Positions 1-42,398 are shown, numbered from the stretch's first letter. The stretch is DNA of 64,000 bases from Macrostomum lignano (GCA_002269645.1 NIVC01002462.1:107990-171989); one strand, 5' to 3'. Numbers and translations are program-made. Notes: a model not told the origin generated them from the sequence alone.

Positions 1-285
1 GAAGAGGCCTTGGACTGGCCGCATTATTTCCCGGGGAATCAAAGCAGCGGCAGCTCCGGCCCGAGCCATTTGTCTTGCCTCTCGGACAGGGGGCTTTTGG
101 TCGGACAGAAAATTGGCCGAAATTGAGTTTGAGCTACGCGGTGTCCGGTCCGCTTGGCCGAGGAAATTGCGGGACACGAAAACTGAGGAGAATTGAATGA
201 AATTTTCTTTACGGTCTGAGAGTGCTGCTGCTGAGTTCAAGCCAGCAACTTTTAGTGCGGATATCTGGCTTGTAATTCAATAGCC

Positions 286-993
<708 letters not shown>

Positions 994-1596
994 CTGTAAG
1001 CTCAGTTTGCCTGTCAGTTTGAGTTGAGCAGCCAGAAATGATGCAGAAAAGTGCTAAACTAAGCAAGCGCCAAATAGATTGAAGCAGGAGTCGGAGAGAA
1101 GGCCTAGGGCGCACGGAGGCCACCAGCCCTGTCGCTGCTGGAGGTCAAGAGCCTCAATCAGGGGCAACTATTCTCAGGGAGCGCAGCTCAAACAGGCGGG
1201 CTGCCCCCCCCCCCAGCACCAATGCCACCGACTTGCTGTAGTAAACTTTTGCAGGAAATATTGTTGGCAAACTGCTTCAGTTTAATTTACTGCCGAGGTT
1301 CTGCATTAAGAATACTCAGAAGCAATGCCGAGATGGTAATAAAATAATTCGCAAGTTCAAAGCAACTGGATGCAGGAAGGAACTCATGCCGGAAGCTGAA
1401 GCTGAGTGAGACATAAGCTGCTCAGCAGGGAGTTCTTTTCTCCCTTTTGGTGCAGCAAAGATTAGAAATGAATTATGAGATTGATTCTAATACAGTCTGC
1501 TTGTAGAGCTAGCTAATCCTTGTAGAGAGGCAAGTTGAGGAGAGGTTCTGTAGACTTTAGATCAGATTCTAGTAAGTTTTAGTGTGATTCTACGAA

Positions 1597-3022
1597 ATAG
1601 AGGTGAGATTCTATAGAGTTGAGGTGAGATTCTATAGAGTTGAGGTGAGATTCTATAGAGTTGAGGTGAGATTCTATAGAGTTGAGGTGAGATTCTATAG
1701 AGTTTAGGTCAGATTCTATAGAGATGAGGTGAGATTCTATAGAGGTGAGGTGAGATTCTATAGAGTTGAGGTGAGATTCTATAGAGTTGAGGTGAGATTC
1801 TATAGAGTTGAGGTGAGATTCTATAGAGTTGAAGAGAGATTCTATAGAGTTTAGGTCAGATTCTATAGAGTTGAGGTGAGATTCTATAGAGTTGAGGTGA
1901 GATTCTATAGAGTTTAGGTCAGATTCTATAGAGATGAGGTGAGATTCTATAGAGTTGAGGTGAGATTCTATAGAGTTGAGGTGAGATTCTATAGAGATGA
2001 GGTGAGATTCTATAAAGGTGAGGTGAGATTCTATAGAGTTGAAGAGAGATTCTATAGAGTTGAGGTGAGATTCTATAGAGTTGAGGTGAGATTCTATAGA
2101 GTTGAGGTGAGATTCTATAGAGTTGAGGTGAGATTCTATAGAGTTGAGGTGAGATTCTATAGAGTTGAGGTGACATTCTATAGAGTTGAGGTGAAATTCT
2201 ATAGAGTTGAGGTGAGATTCTATAGAGTTGAGGTGAGATTCTATAGAGTTGAGGTGAGATTCTATAGAGTTGAGGTGAGATTCTATAGAGTTGAGGTGAC
2301 ATTCTATAGAGTTGAGGTGACATTCTATAGAGTTGAGGTGACATTCTATAGAGTTGAAGAGAGATTCTATAGAGTTGAGGTGACATTCTATAGAGTTGAG
2401 GTGAGATTCTATAGAGTTGAGGTGAGATTCTATAGAGTTGAGGTGAGATTCTATAGAGTTGAGGTGAGATTCTATAGAGTTAAGGTGAGATTCTATGGAG
2501 TTGAGGTGAGATTCTATAGAGTTGAGGTGAGATTCTATAGAGTTGAGGTGAGATTCTATAGAGTTGAGGTGAGATTCTATAGAGTTGAGGTGAGATTCTA
2601 TAGAGTTGAGGTGAGATTCTATAGAGTTAAGGTGAGATTCTATAAAGTTGAGGACAGATTCTATAGAGTTGAGGTGAGATTCTATAGAGTTGAGGTGAGA
2701 TTCTATAGAGTTGAGGTGAGATTCTATAGAGTTGAGGTGAGATTTTATAGAGTTAAAGTGAGATTCTATAGAGTTGAGGTGGGATTCTATAGAGTTGAGG
2801 TGAGATTCTATAGAGTTGAGGTGAGATTCTATAGAGTTGAGGTGAGATTCTATAGAGTTGAGGTGAGATTCTATAGAGGTGAGGTGAGATTCTATAGAGT
2901 TGAGGTGAGATTCTATAGTGTTGAGGACAGATTCTATAGAGTTGAGGTGAGATTCTATAGAGTTGAGGTGAGATTCTATAGAGTTGAGGTGAGATTCTAT
3001 GGAGTTGAGGTGAGATTCTATG
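1597..3022. repeat. 21-bp minisatellite (GAGGTGAGATTCTATAGAGTT)n
   Basis: Direct tandem repeat. It explains ORFs 1579..3054 (IESHLNS)n and 1939..3033 (RFYRVEV)n. Confidence 0.97.
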
Positions 3023-3744
3023 GAGGAAGATAAGATGATGATTCCAAGGGACAAGTGGTAAGGATTCTTGCATTAAAAGTTAAAAGTTCATGCCCAAAAA
3101 GCCGCCTCAAAATTTTAGGCAGTATTTGCTTCACGACTTTCAGGCCTGAGCACAATAAAAAAGTCTGGGATATTCAGAACTGACGCCTCTGTCTGCTCTA
3201 AGCTGTCACAGACTTAGATTGGGCGATGAGATGAGGCGCCAGAGCTGGAGTTAAATATAGACTGTCGAACAGGGGCTGACGTAGCCGCGCGTACAGGAGA
3301 TTATTGCTTTTTGAAGCGATGGCAGAACCTGCCTGACTAAAAGCTGCCAAATTATAATCGCGTCCGTATAGAGAGGCACCTGTCTGCCTGCCCGTCTCCT
3401 GAAAGCAGCTGGCAGATTATGAAAGTTGAAGTCTTTGAAAAAAATTCTAATTAATTTTCGATTTTTAAAACATTATGGAGAAGAAAGAAATCAAATTTTG
3501 CTTCATTTTTTCTCTTTTGCCTGCTCCATCACTCTTTCTCAAAATTTGACAAACCAAATTTATAACTAAAGTAAGGAGTAACTAGTTTAAATTATGACAG
3601 GCTATAAATTATGGCTTTTCGATGAATCCACAGGTGGCAATTATTTATTAGAAATAGAAAGGCGACGTATAGGGTAAACAGTTTGGATAAAGTAGGCAAG
3701 GCTTGTTCAGATTTTGGGTTGGAGTAGCCGGAGCTCATGGAGAA

Positions 3745-4365
3745 AATGAGATTGGATCGAGACAAATCTAATGGAGAGGATGAGATTGGATCGAGACGAA
3801 TATAATGGAGAGGATGAGATTAGATCGAGACAAATCTAATGGAGAGGATGAGATTAGATCGAGACGAATATAATGGAGAGGATGAGATTAGATCGAGACG
3901 AATATAATGGAGAGGATGAGATTAGATCGAGACGGATATAATGGAGAGGATGAGATTAGATTGAGACGAATCACATGGAGTAAGGATGAGATTAGATCGA
4001 GAAGAATATAATGGAGAGGATGAGATTAGATCGAGACGAATATAATGGAGAGGATGAGATTAGATCGAGACGAATATAATGGAGAGGATAAGATTAGATC
4101 GAGACGAATATAATGGAGAGGATGAGATTAGATCGAGACGAATATAATGGAGAGGATGAGATTAGATCGAGACGAATCTCATGGAGAGAATGAGATTAGA
4201 TCGAGACGGATATAATGGAGAGGATGAGATTAGAATGAGACTAATCACATGGAGTAAGGATGAGATTAGATCAAGACTAATCTCATGGAGAGTATGAGAT
4301 TAGACTGAGACGAATCACATGGAGTAAGGATGAGATTAGATCGAGACGAATCTCATGGAGAGGAT
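3745..4365. repeat. ~34-bp minisatellite (GAGATTAGATCGAGACGAATATAATGGAGAGGAT)n
   Basis: Direct tandem repeat with variant units. Confidence 0.93.
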
Positions 4366-4719
4366 GAGACACATGAAAATAAGTATTGACGAGATGAACC
4401 AGAATAAGGTGACTGGTCCTGATTTGAAGACCCATGGATTTGAGAGTTCTTGAGCCAAAATTTTATCGAAGAGGCGTTTGAAAAGGAAAGATGCAGCACA
4501 AATATAGAAAACAGAAAGAGTGCAATTTTCAAACGAGCACTTGCCACCGACGGTGTAAACCCTCATTTTTATGTGCAGTCACGCAGGGAAGAATTCAAGG
4601 TCGATCAGAGCGTTGCAACCCTCAGTTGATTAAGTTAGCGATGCAACAAAAATTATAAGTCAACCTACATGACTGAGTGCTTGCTTCAGATTAGCGTGCT
4701 GTGTTCACAGAAAGAATTA

Positions 4720-5229
<510 letters not shown>

Positions 5230-5694
5230 GGATCTGATACGTACTATTGTCTTAAAGTCCTATTAAAGTCCTTCAGTTTAGTCACACGGACAAGAGACCA
5301 TGAAATTCCAATTAATAAATCCAAAATGACAGCTTAAGGCCGCAGGGTCCCGGACTGTCCCTAAGTCTTCACCATTGAAGCTATTGTTTGTATCTATCAA
5401 TTGCATCTATGATTCACGCAAATTTAAAAAACGAAACGAATTTGAACACGAGTGCGGAAAATGGTCTCACTCGATTCAAGACGTTCTAAAGCTCCCCTTC
5501 GCTCAGCGCACCTTGCACGCGTTAGATTATCTTGGATTAAATAGGCACTTTAATTCGCAGTCTCGAGAGCAGACGGATTAAAATTGAGCAGCTCGTTTCT
5601 ATTGGGAGCAAATATTGGCGTGAGCTGCTTCGCTGAGGGGCTGAACTGGCTCAGGAACGAGCATGAATGTGTCTGTCTGGCAATCTTATCCATT

Positions 5695-6570
5695 CACATG
5701 TCACCCACTCACTCACTCGAGCAGTCACTCACTCACTCACTCGAGCAGTCACCCACTCACTCACTCGAGCAGTCACTCACTCACTCACTCGAGCAGTCAC
5801 TCACTCACTCACTCGAGCAGTCACCCACCCATTCACTCGAGCAGTCACTCACTCACTCACTCGAGCAGTCACTCACGCACTCACTCGAGCAGTCACCCAC
5901 CCACTCACTCGAGCAGTCACCCACCCACTCACTCGAGCAGTCACCCACCCACTCACTCGAGCAGTCACCCACCCACTCACTCGAGCAGTCACCCACCCAC
6001 TCACTCGAGCAGTCACCCACCCACTCACTCGAGCAGTCACTCACTCACTCACTCGAGCAGTCACTCACTCACTCACTCGAGCAGTCACCCACCCATTCAC
6101 TCGAGCAGTCACTCACTCACTCACTCGAGCAGTCACCCACTCACTCACTCGAGCAGTCACTCACTCACTCACTCGAGCAGTCACTCACTCACTCACTCGA
6201 GCAGTCACCCACCCATTCACTCGAGCAGTCACTCACTCACTCACTCGAGCAGTCACTCACGCACTCACTCGAGCAGTCACCCACCCACTCACTCGAGCAG
6301 TCACCCACCCACTCACTCGAGCAGTCACCCACCCACTCACTCGAGCAGTCACCCACCCACTCACTCGAGCAGTCACCCACCCACTCACTCGAGCAGTCAC
6401 CCACCACTCACTCGAGCAGTCACCCACCCACTCACTCGAGCAGTCACCCACCACTCACTCGAGCAGTCACCCACCCATTCACTAGAGCAGTCACTCACCC
6501 ACTCACTCGAGCAGTCACCCACCCACTCATTCGAGCAGTCACCCACCCACTCATTCGAGCAGTCACCCAG
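5695..6570. repeat. 24-bp minisatellite (CACTCACTCGAGCAGTCACCCACC)n ending just before the GPCR ATG
   Basis: Direct tandem repeat. The last partial unit ends ...AGTCACCCAG CC ATG. Confidence 0.95.
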
Positions 6571-6572
6571 CC

Positions 6573-9500
6573 ATGGACCCGGAACAGTTGGCCAACCTGA
6601 CACAGTGCGACTCCTTGGAGCGCCCTGTTCTGTTCACTACGGTGGTGCCGATTCTATTCAGCATTGTAGTGCTGCTCGGTCTCCTTGGCAACGCCCTAGT
6701 GATAGCGGTGGTGGCGGCTAACAGCAACATGCGCAGCACTACCAACATCCTCATCACCTCGCTAGCAGTGGCCGACCTGCTGTTCATCACCCTCTGTGTG
6801 CCATTCACCGCCCTGTTCTACGTGTTCAGCTGGGTGTTCGGCCACGCTGCCTGCGTCCTATTCCAGTACTTCACGTACGTGCCCGTGTACTGCAGCGTGT
6901 ACACCCTGGTGCTGATGAGCGCCGACCGGTACCTGGCCGTGGTGCACCCCATCCGCAGCATGGCCTGGCGCACGGAGCGGAACACCTTGGCAGCCGTGGC
7001 CATCACCTGGCTGGGAGTGGCTCTGGCCCACCTGCCTCTGGCCATGGAGGCCGCGGTTGTGCCGGTCCAGCGGTGTCGCTACGGCAACTGCAGTGTCGAC
7101 GACTGCGGCTTCCGCGAGATGAGCGTCTGCATCGGCCGTCGGTTCTTCACGGACCCGGCTAGCGGGGAGTTCGGGCCGCTGGGCCGGGTGTTCTACACAA
7201 CGTTCAACATATTCGGGTACGCGCTGCCGTTCGCCGTGATCATCACGCTGTACGTGCTGCTGGTCAAGCGCCTCATGTTCGGCCGCTCGTCCGCCGTCGC
7301 CCAGTCTAGCGAAGCCGCCCGGTCAAAGCGTCGGGTAACGCGCACCGTTGTCACGGTGGTGGCCATTTTTGGCACCTGCTGGCTGCCGATTCACGCCATC
7401 TTTGCGCTGCAGAACTGGCACCGGGATCTGCACTACTCGTGGTTTCGCTACCTTCAGGTGGCTTCGCAGGTGAGAGAATTCTGGCTATTCTGTTCACACA
7501 GTCACTCCACTGTCTTTCACTCACTGTGAGTGATGATTCAGTTCACACTGTCACTACATCGTCTTTCACTCACTGTGAGTGATGATTCAGTTCACACTGT
7601 CACTCCACTGTCTTTCACTCACTGTGAGTGATGATTCAGTTCACACTGTCACTACATCGTCTTTCACTCACTGTGAGTGATGATTCTGTTCACACTGTCA
7701 CTCCACTGTCTTTCACTCACTGTGAGTGATGATTCTGTTCACACTGTCACTCCACTGTCTTCACTCACTGTGAGTGATGATTCTGTTCACACAGTCACTC
7801 CATCGTCTTTCACTCACTGTGAATGATGATTCTGTTCACACTGTCACTCCATTGTCTTCACTCACTGTGAGTGATGATTCTGTTCACACAGTCACTCCAT
7901 CGTCTTTCACTCACTGTGAGTGATGATTCAGTTCACACTGTCACTCCATTGCCTTCACTCACTGTGAATGATGATTCTGTTCACACTGTCACTCCATCGT
8001 CTTTCACTCACTGTGAGTGATGATTCAGTTCACACAGTCACTCCACCGTCTTTCACTCACTGTGAGTGATGATTCAGTTCACACTGTCACTCCATCGTCT
8101 TTCACTCACTGTGAGTGATGATTCTGTTCACACTGTCACTCCACTGTCTTTCACTCACTGTGAGTGATGATTCTGTTCACACTGTCACTCCATCGTCTTT
8201 CACTCACTGTGAGTGATTATTCAGTTCACACTGTCACTCCATCGTCTTTCACTCACTGTGAGTGATGATTCAGTTCACACAGTCACTCCATTGTCTTCAC
8301 TCACTATCCGAGATGATTGTGTCACATGAATCGATGAGAGCGTTGGCAAGCTGTAGAAGAAATGCTACAGGAAGGAGTATCTGCATAATTTATAAATGCC
8401 TGCGCGCATGCCGGAGCCAGATTTCTAAGGAAAGAAGCTGGCTATTGTTCTCAAACTGTAGCTACTTCAGTTCCTGGAAATTGTGAGCTAGTCAGTTCTC
8501 TTCATCGCTTGAGCTGCGCGGATGCAGAAGAAACTATCTTCTTTTACTTCCTTGAGCTGTTCTAGGCAAAGTCTATCTAGCCAAGGCTCCTTGACGGCAT
8601 GCTTTGCTTTGAACAATTTCGCCTAAGTATTTCTGAGTTTGCTAAAGCAATGGAGGCCAACAGGGTCTGTCAGCTAATCTAGTTTTCACATCGCCGGGTG
8701 ACAATTAATTTAGACCATAGCGGCACAGTGCTGTATAAATATGCGTTGCCAAGAGAGATTATTCGACAGGGAGGCTGCGACACAGAGATCGATGCCGAAT
8801 GTTTGTGTGAATTGATTTTCAGAAATATTGGCCTTGGGTCTTGGCAGGGGCGCAGGGTCTTGGCAGATGTGAAGTGTCGGAGATGTAAAGTGTCGGAGAT
8901 GTGAAGTGTCGGAGATGTGAAGTGTCGGAGATGTAAAGTGTCGGAGATGTGAAGTGTCGGAGATGTGAAGTGTCGGATATGTGAAGTGTCGGAGATGTGA
9001 AGTGTCGGAGATGTGAAGTGTCGGATATGTGAAGTGTCGGAGATGTGAAGTGTCAGAGTTGTGAAGTGTCGGAGATGTGAAGTGTCGGAGATGTGAAGTT
9101 TCGGAGATGTGAAGTGTCGGAGATGTAAAGTGTCGGAGATGTGAAGTGTCGGAGTTGTAAAGTGTCGGAGTTGTGAAGTGTCAGAGTTGTGAAGTGTCGG
9201 AGATGTGAAGTGTCGGAGATGTGAAGTTTCGGAGATGTGAAGTGTCGGAGATGTAAAGTGTCGGAGATGTGAAGTGTCGGAGTTGTAAAGTGTCGGAGTT
9301 GTGAAGTGTCGGAGAGATGAAGTGTCGGAGATGTGAAGTGTCGGAGATGCGAAAGGTCGGAGAGACAAAGTGTCGGAGATGTGAAGTGTCGGAGATGTGA
9401 AGTGTCGGAGATGTGAAGTGTCGGAGTTGTGAAGTGTCGGAGAGATGAAGTGTCGGAGAGACAAAGTGTCGGAGAGACAAAGTGTCGGAGAGACAAAGTG

Positions 9501-10100
9501 TCGGAGAGACAAAGTGTCGGAGATGTGAAGTGTCGGAGATGTGAAGTGTCGGAGATGTGAAGTGTCGGAGATGTGAAGTGTCGGAGATGTGAAGTGTCGG
9601 AGAGATGAAGTGTCGGAGATGTGAAGTGTCGGAGATGTGAAGTGTCGGAGATGTGAAGTGTCGGAGATGTGAAGTGTCGGAGATACGAAAGCCCCAATTG
9701 ATTCGCTCCGCAGGTGCTGGCCTACATGAACAGCTGCATGAACCCCATCGTGTACGCATTTGTGTCCGATAACTACCGTCAGGCCTTCGCCAGCTTCCTG
9801 GGCATCCAGCTGGCCCAGCGGACCAGGCGCGGCACCAATGCGGGCCGCAGTGTGGTGCAGAACACCGCGAAGAACTCAGCTGACCAGGCTGTCAGCAAGC
9901 GCGCCTCCGGCAACGGCAACGCGGCCGCCGCTACACAGTCGCCAGTCGTCGGCTCCGATGACGACGACAATGAGAAGGAAGAGTGCGCAGCAGTGGTGGG
10001 GGCGGCGGCGGCTCGCGGCCGCTGCGAGTCGGTGGAGCTGGTGCCGCTGAACAACCGCGTTGAGCTGGCGGCCCAGGTGCACAGCGACCGGAGCTCATAA
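6573..10100 (+). CDS. AstA-R: Allatostatin-A/galanin-family neuropeptide GPCR, 2 exons (6573-7469, 9714-10100), 427 aa
   Basis: Rhodopsin-family motifs are present: GN in TM1, LAVAD in TM2, DRY (MSADRYLAVVHP), CWLP in TM6, NSCMNPIVY in TM7. The stretch AANSNMRSTTNILI...CVPFTA...CSVYTLVLMS...MAWRTERN closely matches insect AstA receptors as I recall them. Phase-0 donor CAG|GTGAGA at 7469/7470 and acceptor TCCGCAG|GTG at 9713/9714 join QVASQ to VLAYMNS in frame. Stop is TAA. Confidence 0.93.
7488..8305. repeat. 49-bp minisatellite at the 5' end of the GPCR intron
   Basis: Unit GTGAGTGATGATTCAGTTCACACTGTCACTCCACTGTCTTTCACTCACT, about 16 copies. Confidence 0.95.
8866..9685. repeat. 16-bp minisatellite (AGATGTGAAGTGTCGG)n at the 3' end of the GPCR intron
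   Basis: Direct tandem repeat ending ~28 bp before the acceptor. Confidence 0.96.
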
Positions 10101-10694
10101 AATTTTCGACCATCGCAAGCGGCGTTTTGCTGGCACTTTTGAGCAGACTTTGCCGACAATAATTAGCAGCAATTAACAAAAGAAGAACTGCTTAATTTCT
10201 TATTAATGGAACTTTGAGCAGCTACACTGAACCCAAAGCTAATCGTTGATATCTGAGAAATCTAGAATGAATTTTACAAAGTGCGAACTGTTTAGCTGCA
10301 CTCATACTTAAGCTAGAGATTCTCTCGGGCATCTCTCTCTGCATGTCATTAAACTCTATCGTCGCGCCTAAAGATTATTGGTAATGTTAGACCTCTGAAA
10401 GCTTCTTTAATGCGGCATTGGTCTCACCTGCAACTATTTTTGAGCCAGAAAAACTAAATCTCTAAATATTTAGCACACATTTCTCCATTACGAGTACTGA
10501 CTAGTAAAGAGACGATGCACCTGAATATTAAGCATAAGCACCTTAACTATATCACCTGCTTGTTGTGTCTCATTTCACTTGGCTAATAGCTGAAAATAAT
10601 ACTAAAAGGTAATCGAAAATGCGAAAGTTCTCGTGTCCTTTTTAATGCCAGCCCAGTCGCAGCAGCAATATCTTTGATTCATTGTTTATTGAAG

Positions 10695-10935
10695 AAGGAC
10701 GGGGGTTCGATTCCCGATCCCACTGGAACAATTTGTGCTGTTCTTGAGCAAGACACTTCACTCTGCATTGCTGCAGTTCACCCAGCTGTAAAATGGGTGC
10801 CAGCATTAGCTGGGGTAATTGAGGCTGTGTGTGGCGACCCCCCCCCCCCAGTCCTGACTTCACTGAGCAACCGCTGAGCATAGCAAGTTGCGGATAGTGA
10901 AAAATCCGAGCGGAGGCCATCTGTCGGCACAGAAT
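10695..10935 (+). mobile_element. tRNA-derived SINE, 5'-truncated copy with a distinct 3' tail
   Basis: B box GGTTCGATTCCC followed by the core CAGTTCACCCAGCTGTAAAATGGGTGCCAGCATTAGCTGGGGTAATTGAGGCTGTGTGTGGCGACCCC, which is shared with the copies at 14942 and 25893. The end coordinate is approximate. Confidence 0.8.
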
Positions 10936-11435
10936 GGACTTTTGATGCCGCAACTTTCTTTTATATTTATTTCTCTAAGCATAAAAACCTCCACCATTAA
11001 AATTAGTGGCACTCTGGCCCACAACACTGTGAGCAAGCTGCTATTAAGAAATAGACAAAATCAAATAGAAATTACAGGTAAAAAGAAACAGAAACTCTGC
11101 AAAATTCTTAAAAAATAGCAGATACAGCTGTGACAATTCCGTCCATTCGACCAACTTCTGAGCAAACCCCAGGCAAGCGCGGTGCTCACGGACCCACCTG
11201 AGGCTGAGTAAAACAATCAAAAGCATTATTTGCTAGAATTAAATATTATCCCGCCCTTGACAACCGTTTCCAGCGATCAATTCTTATCCCTGTCTTTCCT
11301 CACGAAAGGCAAACTTAATCCCTGATCGATAGAACATATGCGGCGCTGAAACACTTGGCAAACACTGGTATTGACTGAGATTCGCTTCTACCTGCCTTCC
11401 GGATGTTTGAAAAAGAAGCAGCAATGTCTGTATTC

Positions 11436-12078
11436 CCTGATCAATGACCCTGACCCAATGATCCTGATCAATGACCCTGACCCAATGATCCTGACCCAAT
11501 GACCCTGACCCAATGATCCTGATCAATGACCCTGACCCAATGATCCTGACCCAATGACCCTGACCCAATGACCCTGACCCAATGACCCTGACCCAATGAC
11601 CCTGACCCAATGATCCTGACCCAATGACCCTGACCCAATGACCCTGACCCAATGAGCCTGACCCAATGACCCTGACCCAATGATCCTGACCCAATGACCC
11701 TGACCCAATGACCCTGACCCAATGACCCTGACCCAATGACCCTGACCCAATGACCCTGACCCAACGACCCTGACCTAATGACCCTGACCCAATGACCCTG
11801 ACCCAATGACCCTGACCCAATGACCCTGACCCAATGATCCTGACCCAACGACCCTGACCTAATGACCCTGACCCAATGACCCTGACCCAATGACCCTGAC
11901 CCAATGACCCTGACCCAATGATCCTGATCCAATGATCCTGACCCAATGATCCTGATCCAATGATCCTGACCCAGTGATCCTGACCCAATGACTCTGACCC
12001 AATGATCCTGATCCAATGATCTTGACCCAGTGACCCTGACCTAATGATCCTGACCTAATGACACTGACCCAATGACCC
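11436..12078. repeat. 14-bp minisatellite (AATGACCCTGACCC)n
   Basis: Direct tandem repeat. The same family recurs at 14325-14595. Confidence 0.95.
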
Positions 12079-12249
12079 ATGACAGCCAATGCCAAGGGCA
12101 CAGACGCGCACCAGCTCAAGAGTCAGTGAAACGTGCATGCGGGGCTTGACTCAATTTGACCAATTAACAGCTTTCTCTGAAAGTTTGCATCTCTTTATAA
12201 AGTCATGAGCATTGTAATAAGCAGTCTGCTGCTGTCCCTGGCGACAAGG

Positions 12250-40096
<27,847 letters not shown>

Positions 40097-40919
40097 TTTC
40101 GTTCGCTGTTCCTCAGCAGACTATTGCAATCAGTATTTGAGTAGATTCTCAGCAGCTCATAGATTTTTAATGAGTACCTGCTATTTTTTCACCGCTTTGG
40201 CGCTAAATTTTCAATGTTGTTTTGACAATCTTCTTTCCAATTTCTCTGTCTGCCTCTCCTCTTCGCGCAAGTCAAACTCGTACAGCTTGCTTGCTAATTA
40301 ACCCTTCCCAAAGCTCGTTGGCTGTTTGACTCAAACAAACCTGACCGCCTTAGGCATGCCCGAGTGCGCAGGTGAACCCAACAGGACCAAATGAAAACAC
40401 GGTGGGTTTTTTACGCACTAGAAAATGATATATTGCTTGTCCCAGCTACGAGGGTCAGAGAGGGGAGAGAGAGAGAAGAGAAAGAGCTTGACAGAGACTG
40501 TTGGGTGGAGTCAGGCCTGATGGAGATTGAATTGGTTTGAGCACCTTGGAGACAGGCGGGCCCTTCGCCTCTAAGCATCGAATCTGGCAGCTCAGTTGCT
40601 TGTAGGTGAGTCCGAATAGCAAGAAAAGACGAAAGGAAAGCACAGCTTGGCAATTGTATCCAACGATAATGCTCATATAATGAGGTGCACAAAAGGAGAG
40701 CAGTGCAGATTTTTGCTGCCTCATTTTCCACTTTTAGTCGCAGTTTGAGAAAAAGCTGTTTCTCTTTCTAAAAAAATAACACTCATTAGACTGTTCGGCG
40801 TGCAGTCTTTAATTATTGGTTGCGAGGGGCAGTGCAAGTAGTGTGTATTGCAAATTATTCTCAATAAATTAGCTAAAAAATAATACTAATTTTCGATTTA
40901 TACAAAACTTTCTTTGCCT

Positions 40920-41255
40920 CCACCCTCCCAGATCCTTTGGCCTGTGGCCTCCACACCCTCCCAGATCCTTTGGCCTGTGGCCTCCACACCCTCCCAGATC
41001 CTTTGGCCTGTGGCCTCCACACCCTCCCAGATCCTTTGGCCTGTGGCCTCCACACCCTCCCAGATCCTTTGGCCTGTGGCCTCCACACCCTCCCAGATCC
41101 TTTGACCTGTGGCCTCCACACCCTCCCAGATCCTTTGGCCTGTGGCCTCCACACCCTCCCAGATCCTTTGGCCTGTGGCCTCCACACCCTCCCAGATCCT
41201 TTGGCCTGTGGCCTCCACCCTCCCAGATCCTTTGGCCTGTGGCCTCCACACCCCT
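40920..41255. repeat. 33-bp minisatellite (CCCTCCCAGATCCTTTGGCCTGTGGCCTCCACA)n
   Basis: About 10 near-identical units. Confidence 0.96.
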
Positions 41256-41272
41256 CCTAGATCCAATCAATC

Positions 41273-41917
41273 TAATAGTGGGGGACAATCCTAATTGTGG
41301 GTGACAATCCTAATTGTGGGTGACAATCTAATAGTGGGTGACAGTCCTAATAGTGGGTGACAATCCTAATAGTGGGTGACAATCCTAATAGTGGGTGACA
41401 ATCCTAATAGTGGGTGACAATCCTAATAGTGGGTGACAATCCTAATAGTGGGTGACAATCCTAATAGTGGGTGACAATCCTAATAGTGGGTGACAGTCCT
41501 AATAGTGGGTGACAATCCTAATAGTGGGTGACAGTCCTAATAGTGGGTGACAATCCTAATAGTGGGTGACAATCCTTATAGTGGGTGACAGTCCTAATAG
41601 TGGGTGACAGTCCTTATAGTGGGTGACAGTCCTAATAGTGGGTGACAATCCTTATAGTGGGTGACAATCCTAATAGTAGGTGACAATCCTAATAGTGAGT
41701 GACAATCTAATAGTGGGTGACAGTCCTAATAGTGGGTGACAATCCTAATAGTGGGTGACAGTCCTAATAGTGGGTGACAATCCTAATAGTGGGTGACAAT
41801 CCTAATAGTGGGTGACAATCCTAATAGTGGGTGACAATCCTAATAGTAGGTGACAATCCTAATAGTGAGTGACAATCTAATAGTGGGTGACAGTCCTAAT
41901 AGTGGGTGACAATCCTA
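41273..41917. repeat. 19-bp minisatellite (TAGTGGGTGACAATCCTAA)n
   Basis: Direct repeat. Confidence 0.96.
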
Positions 41918-42275
41918 CGTAATTCGTAATTCGTCACCTGCTGCTGCAAGACTGGAAAATCGATGCAAAGCTTCTCTATCTTTAGCAACTGGAATCACTG
42001 AGGTAGATGCAGTGCTTAAGCAACCGCATGCTGACCATGCATCGCCTTTGTTATAAAATCATTTCCTTCCAAGTCAAGCCTGGTGAATGAAGCTTCGGTG
42101 AATAAACTGAACGAGATGCAAGCTGGGAATGAAAGCTCGCATCCGTATTGTGCAAACAAAAGTTGACTCACTGTAGGGATGACTTTGCAGCAGACAGGAG
42201 GCGTAGCAGACACTTCCGCTTGCTCGCAACGCCTCAACTTTTCTACAACCGCAAAGCAAAAGCCTGTGTGTATCT

Positions 42276-42289
42276 GTTACCTAGGCAAC
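42276..42289. promoter_or_regulatory. RFX X-box GTTACCTAGGCAAC between the divergent WD40 and lectin genes
   Basis: Matches the X-box consensus GTNRCC-N0-3-RGYAAC. It lies in unique sequence upstream of a gene from a cilia-associated family. Confidence 0.6.
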
Positions 42290-42398
42290 AACTCTCTATA
42301 GGTCTTTATCTATAGAAGTCCTGCTTCAGTTTTTGTCTGAGCTTCATCTCGGAGCAGAAGGATTTGGTCAGAGACAGTTCTACTGTTGGCACATCAGA

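Noticed and set aside
8698-8904. 68-aa ORF in the unique core of the GPCR intron
   Set aside because: GTG start, ends in the 16-bp array, and has no recognisable motif.
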